Shown: piece after piece, positions 53,809 to 64,000 of the stretch
Numbering within the stretch: the stretch's first letter is position 1
How the letters are laid out: each line of letters starts with the position of its first letter
Origin: Pirellulales bacterium
Lineage (GTDB): Bacteria > Planctomycetota > Planctomycetia > Pirellulales > PALSA-1355
DNA length: 64,000 bases
Direction of reading: 5' to 3'
NCBI GenBank assembly: GCA_963733035.1
Contig: CAVTBU010000005.1
Coordinates: forward strand, 1,824,001 to 1,888,000
Notes under the pieces: generated by a model
What the model was told of the DNA's origin: nothing
What the model saw: the letters and a program-made list of their open reading frames with translations, nothing else
Database searches by the model: none
Made by a program: the position numbers and the translations under genes

Positions 53809-55098
53809 TCACTTGGGCGCGGCCTCTGAGTCAACACAGAAAAGATGCCTTTCGCCACGAATCAAGATGCCGTTCAAGGCCGGGACAGGCGAACCGATGA
53901 CGGACTCAGCCATGTCGTTTTCGGACAACAAGTCGAACTTGTCGTCGGCGACACTCGCCACAAACACGATTCCGTCCTCGCGCGGCGCGTACAGCTTATC
54001 TCCGGCAATCAGGGGCGAGGCGTAAAAATTGGCCCGGTTCTTGGGAAACGCCGCTTCCCAAATCGTCTTGCCCGTGGCCGGGTCGATGCACGCGACTTCG
54101 CCGCGGTCTCGAACGAGAATGACACGGCCCTTGTAGACGGCTGGCGTAGGGACGAACGTGCCCACATCGTCGCGCTTCCACACATGATTGGTTTGCGTGA
54201 CGTCACCGGATCCCGTCAGTCGAATTCCATAAAGCCGCGGAACTCCTCGATCGTTGCGACCGTACGCGACGACCGCCATGTCCCCCACGATGACGGGCGT
54301 TGCAATCGTAGGCCACAGCTTGTCAGCATTGGGATTGAAATTGCCGCACGACCACGAAACGTGCCCATCGGTCGCGTTATGAATTGTGAGATGCTCAGCT
54401 CCCCAAACGAAGATCGACTCCCGTCCCTGGTGTTGAATCACCAACGGCGTTGCGTAGCCGTGATCGCATTCGATCGGTGTCGAGTAATTGCGTGCGACCT
54501 TCCAGGCGATTTCGCCGGTTTCTTTGTCGAATGCGGCCAGCCACGACTCGCCTTGATGCATGCGTGCCATGACGACGTACCGATCGGTCAACACGGGAGA
54601 AGTGCCATGATCCCAAAACAACGTGTCTTTCCCGAAACGCTCAACGAGGTCGGTCTTCCAACGCACCTTCCCGTCGAGATCAACGGCCGCAAAGGTACCG
54701 CTTTTGAAGTAGACGAACACGGCCTTTCCGTCCGTAACAGGTGACGCATTGCATCCCGATCCATTGCGGTGTTTCCCAGGGTTCTCTTTATTGAAAACCG
54801 CGCGCCATTTCTCGCGCCCGTGCGAGTCGTAGCAGAGCAGTGCGTCATGCGCCTCGATTGGAGACGTCAGGTAAATCATTTCATTGAGCACGATGGGAGT
54901 GGAACAGCCCTTGCCGGGCAATTCGGTGCTCCAGAGAAGTCTGTCGGCGCCAAACCTGACGGGATAATTCCCCTGTTCGATGCTGCCGCTGTCGTGCGGA
55001 CCGCGCCACGAAGGCCAGTCTAGCGCATCCGCCGCCAGCCCTAATCGCGGCGACCAGAGAATGAACCAGACAATCGTAACGAGTATTTTGTAAGGCAT
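53809..55098 (-). CDS. PQQ-binding-like beta-propeller protein
   Basis: DWPSWRGP, GCSTPIV, HGTSPV, FYASPL; start reassigned to MPYKIL (signal peptide). Confidence 0.92.
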   Translation of the reverse strand: MPYKILVTIVWFILWSPRLGLAADALDWPSWRGPHDSGSIEQGNYPVRFGADRLLWSTELPGKGCSTPIVLNEMIYLTSPIEAHDALLCYDSHGREKWRAVFNKENPGKHRNGSGCNASPVTDGKAVFVYFKSGTFAAVDLDGKVRWKTDLVERFGKDTLFWDHGTSPVLTDRYVVMARMHQGESWLAAFDKETGEIAWKVARNYSTPIECDHGYATPLVIQHQGRESIFVWGAEHLTIHNATDGHVSWSCGNFNPNADKLWPTIATPVIVGDMAVVAYGRNDRGVPRLYGIRLTGSGDVTQTNHVWKRDDVGTFVPTPAVYKGRVILVRDRGEVACIDPATGKTIWEAAFPKNRANFYASPLIAGDKLYAPREDGIVFVASVADDKFDLLSENDMAESVIGSPVPALNGILIRGERHLFCVDSEAAPK

Positions 55099-55240
55099 CG
55101 TAGGCGAGTTCCCCTGAAGTACACGAACCGGTGACGGCGCGTCAGTATACCTTTTCCCGAGGCTGTGCGAACCGCGGTAAAGGGGTCCGCCGACTCTTCT
55201 GGCCGGATCGCCGACGGCAACCGAATGCGGGCGCGCGTTT

Positions 55241-56629
55241 TCACTGCGCCCGGCCATTAGTTTTTCGACTTTCTCTGCGATCGCGTCGTGGCTCGATAAT
55301 TCGTAGCGGAGCACGCCTTGGCGGTCGATGAGCAGTACCGTGGGCAGGCGGGTGACGCGTCCCCCGGCCTTCCAGAGTTTGAGCGCTGCCGAGTCGCGCC
55401 ATGTTTACGGACTTCCAGGGGATTTCCAGACGGTCGAGGACGGCCTGTGCCCGTTCCAGTTCGTCGTCGAAGCTGATCCCCACGACTTCGAGGCCCTGGT
55501 CGTGCCAGCGGGCGTAGATTTCCTTGAGCTTGGGCATTTGCTTGAGACAGGGGACACACCAGCTTCCCCACAGGTCGACCAGCACCACTTTGCCGCGCAA
55601 CTGCTGCGAGTCGAACGGCTGGCCGCCAGCCGTCAACGAGAAGTCGTACGGCTGGTTAACTTCCGGCAGGGGCAAGGCGCGAATGCCTTGCTGGTCCGCC
55701 CGCCGCGCAGCAATCCGGGCGATTCTCTGAATGTCGTTCTGTGTCACGCCCTGGATCCCCACGTCCTGGACCTTCTCGAGTGGCAGCGTGTCGGGATCGA
55801 GGCGAAAACGATCGACAAGGAAGCCGCTATAGACTCCGGCGGGCTCGCGCACGAGACGATACCACTTCCCCTGGGCGTCGAAGGCGATGACGTCGACGCC
55901 CAGGACATTGAACGAGTGTTTGACCGTTACGACCAGGTCGGCTGCCGACTCGCCGAAGGAAACCTTGATGTCGGAATTAGACCAGCCGCGAAATTCGCCG
56001 CGGGGACCTCTGCCCGTATAGCGACGTAGCCATTGATAGCCCGCGGGCAGCGGACAGTACTTTCGCCGATCGAGCTGGGCGTCGCGGATCGCGAACGCGT
56101 ACCCTTGATTTTCGCCGGTCATCACGTCCAGCATGATTCGCGAAAGTCGGCAATCGTCGTCACCGAGCCGGTACCATTGATCGCGAACCTCAAACGAATA
56201 CCGAGGGGGCAACATTTGCGTGTCGGCGATGTTCTCGTAGATGCGATACGTTGCATCCTCGACCGGAAACTCCTCGCGATCCCAGTGGCGAATCGCGGCG
56301 ATCACGTCGTCGACCGAAAGCGGCTTCATCGCCGCCTTGAGTCGTTGGGGGTCGTCCGAGTCGGCGAGCAAACGGGCGAGGTCATTGGCAAGCCGTTGGT
56401 TCACGTCCGCGATGGCATCGTCCAGCGACGTTTGCGTTTCGGGGCCCGGTGCACTTTTATCGCCGGTTTCCGCGCCGTTGGCCTGCGCGTGGGCGGGCTC
56501 GTCGGCCGCCGCGCGGTGAACGATCGAAAGCGGAAGGAAACCAAGAACAAAACCCGCTACCAGGATCGTCGCGGTGGCCGAAAGCCGAGGGGGCCGAAGG
56601 GTCGTCGTGCATTTCATCGCCTGCCTCAC
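55241..56629 (-). CDS. Secreted protein with C-terminal TlpA-like thioredoxin domain (apparent frameshift ~55397; 3' end uncertain)
   Basis: RGKVVLVDLWGSWCVPC, VVGISFD; the cis-Pro segment LPTVLLIDRQGVLR is in another frame. Confidence 0.85.
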   Translation of the reverse strand: MRQAMKCTTTLRPPRLSATATILVAGFVLGFLPLSIVHRAAADEPAHAQANGAETGDKSAPGPETQTSLDDAIADVNQRLANDLARLLADSDDPQRLKAAMKPLSVDDVIAAIRHWDREEFPVEDATYRIYENIADTQMLPPRYSFEVRDQWYRLGDDDCRLSRIMLDVMTGENQGYAFAIRDAQLDRRKYCPLPAGYQWLRRYTGRGPRGEFRGWSNSDIKVSFGESAADLVVTVKHSFNVLGVDVIAFDAQGKWYRLVREPAGVYSGFLVDRFRLDPDTLPLEKVQDVGIQGVTQNDIQRIARIAARRADQQGIRALPLPEVNQPYDFSLTAGGQPFDSQQLRGKVVLVDLWGSWCVPCLKQMPKLKEIYARWHDQGLEVVGISFDDELERAQAVLDRLEIPWKSVNMARLGSAQTLEGRGTRHPPAHGTAHRPPRRAPLRIIEPRRDRRESRKTNGRAQ

Positions 56630-56766
56630 AAGTATGGTGCCGCGGCTTATCTACCCCCCCCGATTGTACCGCCAGCGGCGGCGGCGAGCAGGTGCGGCCG
56701 CACAGGTTTTTCTCGGGCTCGTTCGGCGTGCGGGCGGGGGGAATCTAGGCTACACTGCTCGGCAGT

Positions 56767-58624
56767 TTGAGCCGCTGGAACCGGCAAGACACGAATCGCA
56801 GGAACGCCCCTCTGCTTGGCCTCGCTAGGACGGTCGCCGCTTTGGATCAGCCCGACTGGTATCTCGCCCTGACCGTGGGAATCTTGCTGGGGGCTGCATT
56901 GCTTGCGGGGCAGCTCGCGCGGCTGTTGCATCTGCCGAGCGTCACGGCGTATCTCCTGGTGGGTCTGGCCCTGGGACCCCACACGCCCTTTTTGCATGCC
57001 ATCGAGTGGGTCGCAGAGCGGTTCGGCTATTCGGTCTCGCTGGCCGGCAGCCACATTTCGGAAGAGCACCTGGCTCACCTCGAACCGGTCGGCAAGTTCG
57101 CGATTGCCCTGGTGTTGTTCAATATCGGCTGTCGGCTGCCGCTGTCGAGCTTTCGGCGGACCGTCAAACGACTGTTGCCCCTGTCGCTGGGGGAAATGAC
57201 AACGACGATGGTCCTCGTCAGCGGTAGCATGGGGCTGCTGAGTGCATTCTGGAAGGATGCGGGTGTGGGCTGGCAGGCGGCCGTGCTGTTTGGGGCGTTG
57301 GCGTTGGCGACGGCCCCCGCGACGACCGTCCTGGTATTGAAGGAAAGCCGCAGCGAAGGTCCGCTCACCGAATTCACCACCGGGCTGGTGGCGCTGAACA
57401 ACCTGGCCTCGATCGTGGTGTTCGAATTGTTGTTCGTCGTGGTGCACGCCACGCGCCACGCGGACGTTTCCATCGGCTCAATCGGGGCCGAGTACCTTGT
57501 TTTGACGCGCAACCTGATTGCCGCGAGCCTGCTCGGGATGCTGGCCGGCCTGGCGGTCAGCTTTTTCTGCGGACTGGTGCCGTCCACCCGATGGCTCGTA
57601 CTGTTGACGGCCGTGATTGCTCCGTTGATGGCTGTGTGCGAGTTGTTGCACGTGCCGTACCTGCTGACTTTCTTGACGATGGGAATCACGGTTGCTTCGA
57701 CCTCGGACCTGGCCAACGAAGTGTGCGAGACGCTTGATCGACTGACCGGGCTGTTGTGCGTGGTGTTCTTTGTCATCCACGGCGCGGCCATGGACCTGGG
57801 CAAATTGTGGGCCGCCGGCGCGGTGGGGGTGGCATACATTGTCGCGCACTGCGCCGGAAAATATTTTGGCATCTATTTCACGGCCGACGCCCACCGCGAC
57901 GGTCCGCCCGTCAAACGATGGTTAGGTTCGGCATTGTTCTCACAAGCGGGGGCCGCCATCGCGCTTTCGGCCATCGCCGCGGACCGCGACAAAGCGCTAG
58001 GGCAACAGTTGCAGCACATCATCCTGGGCACCGTGGTGTTCTTCGAAATCGTGGGGCCGATCCTCGTTCGCACCGCGGTCCTGCGCCGGAGAAGTTCCAT
58101 TGGCCACGGCAATCTTTCACTCGACCAGTTCACCGGTCGAGCAATTCCGCGGGATGGTGTTCCAAATCATGCGGTCGTTTGGAGTCAATCCCTTGAAGGG
58201 CAACGTTGCCGATCAGTTGGATGTCAACCGAGTGACGAGCCGCAACGTCAAACCGCTATTGGCAGGGGCGCCGTTCGATCAGGTGCTGGACCACATTGAG
58301 CAGAGCCACGACAACACGTACCCGGTCGTCACGGACGCCAACGTGCTGATTGGCATCATTCGCTATCCGGACGTGCGCGATGTTGTCTTCGACCCGGCGC
58401 TGAAGACGCTCGTCACCGCGGAGGACATGTCGGTGCCGGCCAAGAAGGTGCTCAAGCAAAACGATACGCTGGGCGAAGCCTGGCGCTTGCTCAAAGACAG
58501 CCGAGACGACTGCATCCCCGTTGTCACCGCGGAGCCGCCGTATCACTATGTGGGCGTCGTTCGGCGGCGCGGCCTGCTGCGGCTACTGAGCCACGACGCG
58601 ATTCGCGAACAAGCCGGGGGCTAG
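56767..58624 (+). CDS. Cation:proton antiporter with C-terminal CBS pair (apparent frameshift ~58085)
   Basis: LALATAPATT, QAGAAIAL, FEIVGP; continues as AGEVP...YPVV...IGII...IPVV (CBS). Start uncertain. Confidence 0.88.
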
Positions 58625-58657
58625 CGGCCCGCTTAAGAATTCGACGGGCTGCTAGCC
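58619..58657. terminator. Hairpin between convergent genes
   Basis: GGCTAGCGGCCCG / CGGGCTGCTAGCC 13-bp stem with one G-U; no strong U tract. Confidence 0.4.
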
Positions 58658-58693
58658 GCACGGATGGTTTATGAGTATGAGCCGGGGAGATTT

Positions 58694-59771
58694 TTATCGG
58701 CGCCGCGCCGCGGGCTGCGCGATGCGGATCTCGACGGCGAGTGCTTCGGGGTTCGTCGCCGTCTCGAGCGCGTGGACGCCGTCGACCGTGCCATTGCGAT
58801 AGAGTCTTAACAGGTGCTTGTCGAAGCTCTGCATTCCGTTCTCTTCGGTGGCAATGTAGTCGGTGATGTCGCCGATACGTCCTTCCAGGATGTATTTCGA
58901 GGTGACCGAATCGCCGCGTAAGACTTCCACCACGGGCCACAGTTGTCCGGACTTGCTCATCGTGAGTCGTTGCGAGATGACGCCGACGAGAGACGCCGCG
59001 AGTTGTTGCCGGGCGATGCCCAGCAGCGACGGGGGGACCAAGGCCAAAAGCCGCTCGATGGTCTGAGCGGCGTTCGACGCGTGGATGGTTGCCAGCACCT
59101 GGTGCCCCGTATCGGCTGCGCAACGCCATCTGCACGCTTTCGGGATCACGCAATTCGCCGACGAGGATGACATCGGGCGCTTGGCGCATGGCCTGCCTCA
59201 AACCATGTTCGTACGACGGCGTGTCACGGCCGACTTCGATATGAGAGATGAGCGACTTCTGGCCGGCGTGCACATATTCCGTGGGATCTTCAATCGTGAG
59301 GATCTTCAGATGGAACGAACGATTGAGCAGGTCGATGATTCCCGCGAGCGTGGTTGTTTTGCCGCTGCCGGTGGCGCCGCTCATGAGCAACAATCCGCGC
59401 GGCACCTTGGCCAGTTCGGCGATGACCGGTGGCAGATGCAGTTCGTCAAGCGAGCGGATCGCAAGGGGGATTACGCGAACCACCAGGCCCGGCGTTCCGC
59501 TATGGCTGTAGAGATTGCAGCGGAACCGCGCGACGCCCGGCAGGCTGTACGAAAAGTCGAAGCCCTCGAGGAGTGCGTGGTCGATGTCGTCGAGGACCGT
59601 GCGCGGTCCGATCGAACGAATGAACTCCCGCAGTTGGTCGCCTGAGAGCGGCGGCAGTTCGATCGCCCGCAACTGGCCGTCAATCCGCATTTGCGGTACC
59701 GAACCGGTTTGCAAATGGATGTCGGCGGCATGGTGCTCCACGCCGAAACGAAGCAATTGGTCAATGGTCAT
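58694..59771 (-). CDS. pilT: PilT/PilU family ATPase (apparent frameshift ~59120)
   Basis: GATGSGKT, TIEDP, RQAPDVILVGELRD, then ADTGHQVLATIH and GMQSFD in the next frame. Confidence 0.88.
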
Positions 59772-59781
59772 GCGAGACCGA

Positions 59782-60651
59782 TCATTTTATGGATTTCGAT
59801 TTCCGAGCCTTGTCATTTTTCCAGGGATCCACCCGCTCGAGTTCGCCTTCGATGCGTCGTTCGACGGCCGGGAGTTTTGATTCGGCCTCGGCTTCGATGG
59901 CGGGTCCTTCCTCGTAGAAAAAGTACGCCATTCCGGCCAGCAGGATCGGCAGAAAGGCGCCCAGCGTCTTCTTGAGCGGCAGCCGCACCTTCTGCCAGCG
60001 GGTTACCCAATAGTAAATCGTATAAGGCGGCAGCAGCAGGCATGCGATACCTTGAAAAAGTCCGTCTTTAAACGGAAGGGTGACGAGGTAGGCTGCGCCG
60101 ACGGCCAGCAGCCCAATGTTCGTGACGATAATGACCACGGTCCCGAGGTGCATTGCCATTTTGTATTTGAACACGAACCCAAGCAGGATTGCCGCCAACG
60201 CCAACGTTGAAACCAGGGCCAGCCAGTCGCGAAGTCGACGCAGACGACGTGCCGCGAGATTTCCGACCAGGCTTGGCAACATCACCAGAAACGAAGGGGG
60301 GCCACTCGAAGTCGGCACGCGTGCGGGCTCGCGCCGATCGACTTCAATCTCCGGACCTCCGCTATCGAGCAGTCTGTCGGCCACGCGCAACTCGACGGCG
60401 CTCGATTTGGTTTTTTTTGCCGGTTCCGCCTGAAACGCCAGTGGCTCGTGCTCGGAAAGCAGGTGAACCGGGGCCCGGGGAGGGCTGGAACTTTCGGGCG
60501 GCTTAAGATGCAGCGGCTGCTCTACTGATTGCGCGAGAGCAGGAATGACGAGCGTGTGTCCACACTGTTTGCATTTGCCGTGCCGCCCGGCATGCTCGTC
60601 GGCCGCATGCAGGGGATGTCCGCACTGTGGGCATTGGAAGTGGATCGCCAT
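59782..60651 (-). CDS. Zinc-ribbon membrane protein
   Basis: N-terminal CPQC...CKQC, Pro-rich linker, about four TM helices. Confidence 0.82.
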   Translation of the reverse strand: MAIHFQCPQCGHPLHAADEHAGRHGKCKQCGHTLVIPALAQSVEQPLHLKPPESSSPPRAPVHLLSEHEPLAFQAEPAKKTKSSAVELRVADRLLDSGGPEIEVDRREPARVPTSSGPPSFLVMLPSLVGNLAARRLRRLRDWLALVSTLALAAILLGFVFKYKMAMHLGTVVIIVTNIGLLAVGAAYLVTLPFKDGLFQGIACLLLPPYTIYYWVTRWQKVRLPLKKTLGAFLPILLAGMAYFFYEEGPAIEAEAESKLPAVERRIEGELERVDPWKNDKARKSKSIK

Positions 60652-60853
60652 TCATCAAACCCCGTAGCGCCGGACCACAATTCCATCAAATCGACGGTGC
60701 GGAGGGATGTCAAGTCTCAACGGTCACCCGCATGACGGCGCCGACATGAACGGCGGGCCAAGAGTCGAGCGCTTGGTCAGGAAACAAGGTCGGCGCCCGG
60801 AATTAGTATAGGTTACTTGCCCCGGCAACCGACTTCGAGGCACGTCGAATCGT

Positions 60854-61138
60854 TCAACGGGCATTCGGCGCGTTTTGGGGCAAGCCTCCGCGCTCCTGCC
60901 GATTCAATCGCTCCAGGATCGGCTCCATCGCTTCCAGCTCGGTGTAGTACATGGCGCTGGGGTCGATCTGGTGCGCGGACAGCCACTGCAGGCGGGCGTT
61001 TACCCGAGGACGACTGGCGAGCCAAGGAAGCGCGACGAGCCAAGCCGCGGCGAGGACCACGACTGACAGCAGGAGTGCGAGGACCCGTTTGCCGGCAGCT
61101 GTTGGTGACTGTGTTGAATTTGCTATTGGCGTCGTCAT
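60854..61138 (-). CDS. Small single-TM hypothetical protein
   Basis: TM helix then IDPSAMYYTELE; 24 nt downstream of the YeiH gene on the same strand. Confidence 0.7.
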   Translation of the reverse strand: MTTPIANSTQSPTAAGKRVLALLLSVVVLAAAWLVALPWLASRPRVNARLQWLSAHQIDPSAMYYTELEAMEPILERLNRQERGGLPQNAPNAR

Positions 61139-61162
61139 CGTTCGTTTCGTTACGGCACTGTC

Positions 61163-62605
61163 CTATTCCGTCATGTTGCGGAAGACGACACGGAACATCA
61201 GCCACGCCATCAGGAGCGTCAGACATAGATTGAGCGTCTGACCGCAGAGATAAAGGGCCAGGGGTTTGCCGCCGCGAAGATACGGAGACAGTTCGCGAAA
61301 GTTCGTGGCCAGGCCGATGCTGACGAAGGCCAGACAAAAAAACCAACCGCGCAACGTACCCGTGGAACCTTTGATCATGGCATCGACGAGTTCGGGTCCG
61401 GCTGGCAACACGGCATACAGGGCCGAGAATACCAGTGAGGCCAGCACGAATCCGAGCACGAACTTGGGAAAGCGCCGCCAAATTTCCAGCAGGCTAGGGC
61501 GGGGGGCGGTGGGATCGCGCTCCACGCGCGTCACCCAGTAGACCGCCACGGCGAACGCAACCGCGCCGATCAAGATGTTCTGAATCATCTTGACCGTGGC
61601 CGCCACTTCCAGCGCCTTGGGGCCAAGCACGGCGCCGGCCGCGGCCACGGCCCCGGTCGAATCAATCGTGCCTCCGAGCCACGCACCACCCAGGATTTCG
61701 TCCATGCCGGCGGCGCGAATCACGGCCGGCATCACGGCCATCATGATCACGGTGAACGACAGCGAAAGGCCGATGGCCAGCGAAAGCTCTTCCTTCTTGG
61801 CTTTGCAGGCGGCGGCCGTGGCAATAGCGGCCGACACGCCGCACACCGACATGTCGGCCGAAATCACCATGTTGAGCGACCGTGATTCCATCTTCAGCAC
61901 TTTCTGCCCAAAGATGTAAGTGCTGACCAGCACGATCGGCGTGACAACCCAGGCCACGAAGATTCCCGGAACACCAAGCGCCAGCAGGCGGTTGAGCAGC
62001 ACCTCGGCGCCGAGCAGCACGAGGCCTGTTTTGATGTAGAACTCGGTGAGCACGGCCGGCTTGAGCACGTCGGGCGTGCCAATCGTGTTGCTCACGACGA
62101 GTCCCACGAGCAAGGCCCACAGCGCATACTCGAGGTTGTACGCCTTGACGAGACTCTGCCCGGCCATCGCATAGGCCACCGTCGCGAGTAGAAAGACGAC
62201 CGGGAATGCTTTGAGAAAGGCGCCGCCCGAGCCGCTGCGAATTTGCATCGCCACGGCAAACAGCACGCCAATGACGACGAGCGCTCCGAGCGTGCCAGGA
62301 ATGGCATTGAACGGTTTATTGTCGCCCTCTGCCGGCTTATAGAACCCAGCGACCGGGTTGTCCTTCCAGGAACCCGGCTTCGAGAGGTACGGCTTTAAGG
62401 GGTTGCTGATTTCAATCGCCTGGCCCGTGGAGGCCTGCTGCGCCAAGTCGTTCGGTCGCGTGATCCAGACCGCCAGAAACGAAACGGCCAGCAGCAGCGC
62501 CCCGCACCAGATGGCCCACCAGTCTTCCGACGTGCGCATCTGCGAGAGGGTGGTTTGCCGATCGTTAGGGGGCGTTTCGTTGGGGGGGGTTTCGTTGGCG
62601 GGCAT
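61163..62605 (-). CDS. YeiH family (putative sulfate exporter) membrane protein
   Basis: [47 protein letters not shown]. Confidence 0.92.
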   Translation of the reverse strand: MPANETPPNETPPNDRQTTLSQMRTSEDWWAIWCGALLLAVSFLAVWITRPNDLAQQASTGQAIEISNPLKPYLSKPGSWKDNPVAGFYKPAEGDNKPFNAIPGTLGALVVIGVLFAVAMQIRSGSGGAFLKAFPVVFLLATVAYAMAGQSLVKAYNLEYALWALLVGLVVSNTIGTPDVLKPAVLTEFYIKTGLVLLGAEVLLNRLLALGVPGIFVAWVVTPIVLVSTYIFGQKVLKMESRSLNMVISADMSVCGVSAAIATAAACKAKKEELSLAIGLSLSFTVIMMAVMPAVIRAAGMDEILGGAWLGGTIDSTGAVAAAGAVLGPKALEVAATVKMIQNILIGAVAFAVAVYWVTRVERDPTAPRPSLLEIWRRFPKFVLGFVLASLVFSALYAVLPAGPELVDAMIKGSTGTLRGWFFCLAFVSIGLATNFRELSPYLRGGKPLALYLCGQTLNLCLTLLMAWLMFRVVFRNMTE

Positions 62606-62731
62606 GGGCGTGGAACCATCGCGGCGAGGATGCCGTCGGGCGGACGGCATGCGGAAGTTACGCCCGTGTTCTAAGAGTTTTGGCCGCCGGCATCAAGGCG
62701 TAGCGCGGCAGAGCGCCGTACGCGCTACCGC

Positions 62732-63496
62732 TTAGCTTTGGCGTAGGAGTCGGCGACGGCCAAAGTAACCCATCACACACCCCACGAGTAGTAACACACA
62801 GCTCGACGGTTCGGGCGTTTCGACAATTTGCAAGCCGGCGATGGCCGGACGATTGCCGGCTTGCTTGATGATCTGCAGATCGAACGCCGTATTGTTGAGC
62901 CCCGTGAACACGGCATAGGTCGCCAAAGTCTCGTCTTGGTAGTTTGTCGCGGTCGCTTGGATGAAACCGTCGGTCGTGAAGTTCGTCGACTGCACGAGGA
63001 AGAATTCCTGGCCGCCCAGTTTGACGCTGGCGTCGGCCCCAAAATTGAAGCATGCGAGATACGCAATCACTTCATACTGCGCGTAAGGAATGTTCGTTAC
63101 GCTGACTGTCAACTGCGGTGAATTGGAGTCGAAGAAGCTTCCCTCAACCAGGCCGCGATAGAGGCGTTCGTCGGGTGTGGTATTGCCGCCATCGGAATTC
63201 ACCTCGGCATTGGCGTTGAACCAGGTGATCTGCGCACCGGAATCGACTCCGCTGTTGTCGACCAGCTTGCCCGCGATCGGCCCGCTCACGTCGGCAGTCG
63301 ATCCGTTCCCGACGGGGTTCGAATTGTTCCAGTTGACCTGCGGCACCAATCCCGCCGATTCCGCGGGCAAAATCGGGAACGGTCCGCCGCCAAAACTGGT
63401 CGCGGTGAAATTCATGCCGATGGAACCGGCACAAACTGGGGTCCCGCAAACAAGAACAATTGCAAGCGCCTGGCAAATGGGTGCTAACCGCGACAT
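62732..63496 (-). CDS. PEP-CTERM sorting-domain secreted protein
   Basis: AGAGGA RBS, signal peptide, C-terminal TPEPSSCVLLLVGCVMGYFGRRR. Confidence 0.9.
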   Translation of the reverse strand: MSRLAPICQALAIVLVCGTPVCAGSIGMNFTATSFGGGPFPILPAESAGLVPQVNWNNSNPVGNGSTADVSGPIAGKLVDNSGVDSGAQITWFNANAEVNSDGGNTTPDERLYRGLVEGSFFDSNSPQLTVSVTNIPYAQYEVIAYLACFNFGADASVKLGGQEFFLVQSTNFTTDGFIQATATNYQDETLATYAVFTGLNNTAFDLQIIKQAGNRPAIAGLQIVETPEPSSCVLLLVGCVMGYFGRRRLLRQS

Positions 63497-64000
63497 AACG
63501 GTCGTCCTCTTGGTTGTAAGTGTCGAAGTTGTATTTGAACGGCGATGGTTTTTTCGCACCGAAGTCAAAACTGATGCGAGCACAAATTGATTTTCGTGGA
63601 ATGCAAACAGGAGCAAATGGCCGGCCGCAGGGCCAATGCCGGTTCGCAGGCGAGAGCCGCGACGAGTCGATGCCAATTTGGAGATGCGAAGTGGCTAGCG
63701 GTACCTGGTGTCAGGCATACAATCCACCCAAAGTAACTAGGTGCGTTTGTGAAGTCAAGCAACCCACCAGGGCCGCGAAGCGTGGAGGCTGGCGCTGCCA
63801 TCGGGACCGCGGACCGGTGGTGCGGGAAGATGCCTGGGGAGTGGACCGTGCCCTGCAAGGTTCAACCGCAAGGTCGTCGATCGCTCTTTCGTCCGACGCG
63901 CTGCGTTCGTTGCTCCGTTTTCAATTGGACAGGTACGTGTCTGGCCCTGGCAACTCGCCAGTTGGGTGCCACAGGCGCAAGAGGTTACACTATTGGGCGA

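Noticed and set aside
62567..62597. 15-bp imperfect tandem duplication (NETPP twice)
   Set aside because: Trivial in-frame duplication in a disordered N-terminus.

Overview
GC-rich bacterial window, almost certainly Planctomycetota (Pirellulales-like). The taxonomic call rests on PEP-CTERM proteins, PQQ-type beta-propellers, a BBP7-like beta-barrel, a double-length UvrA and a zinc-ribbon membrane protein. Housekeeping genes (smpB, lipA, uvrA, ribD, transaldolase, ilvB) are mixed with transport and surface genes. Ten apparent frameshifts in eight genes look like long-read consensus errors; seven are repaired by adding one GC/CG to a (GC)n run. Best leads: (1) a six-gene MacB-type ABC operon with two DUF3299-like and two paralogous secreted N-terminal-CPFC proteins, a candidate expanded Zrg-like metal system; (2) a lone, compositionally distinct ~1290-aa nuclease-like/degenerate-STAND-like protein, a candidate anti-phage gene; (3) a ~90-bp palindrome-bearing element repeated upstream of two metabolic genes; (4) two intergenic structured-RNA candidates; (5) a Cys-less ketosynthase beside a desaturase, an MMPL transporter and an outer-membrane barrel. 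No rRNA, tRNA, CRISPR array, integrase or transposase was recognised. All family calls are by-eye motif recognition; no searches were run.
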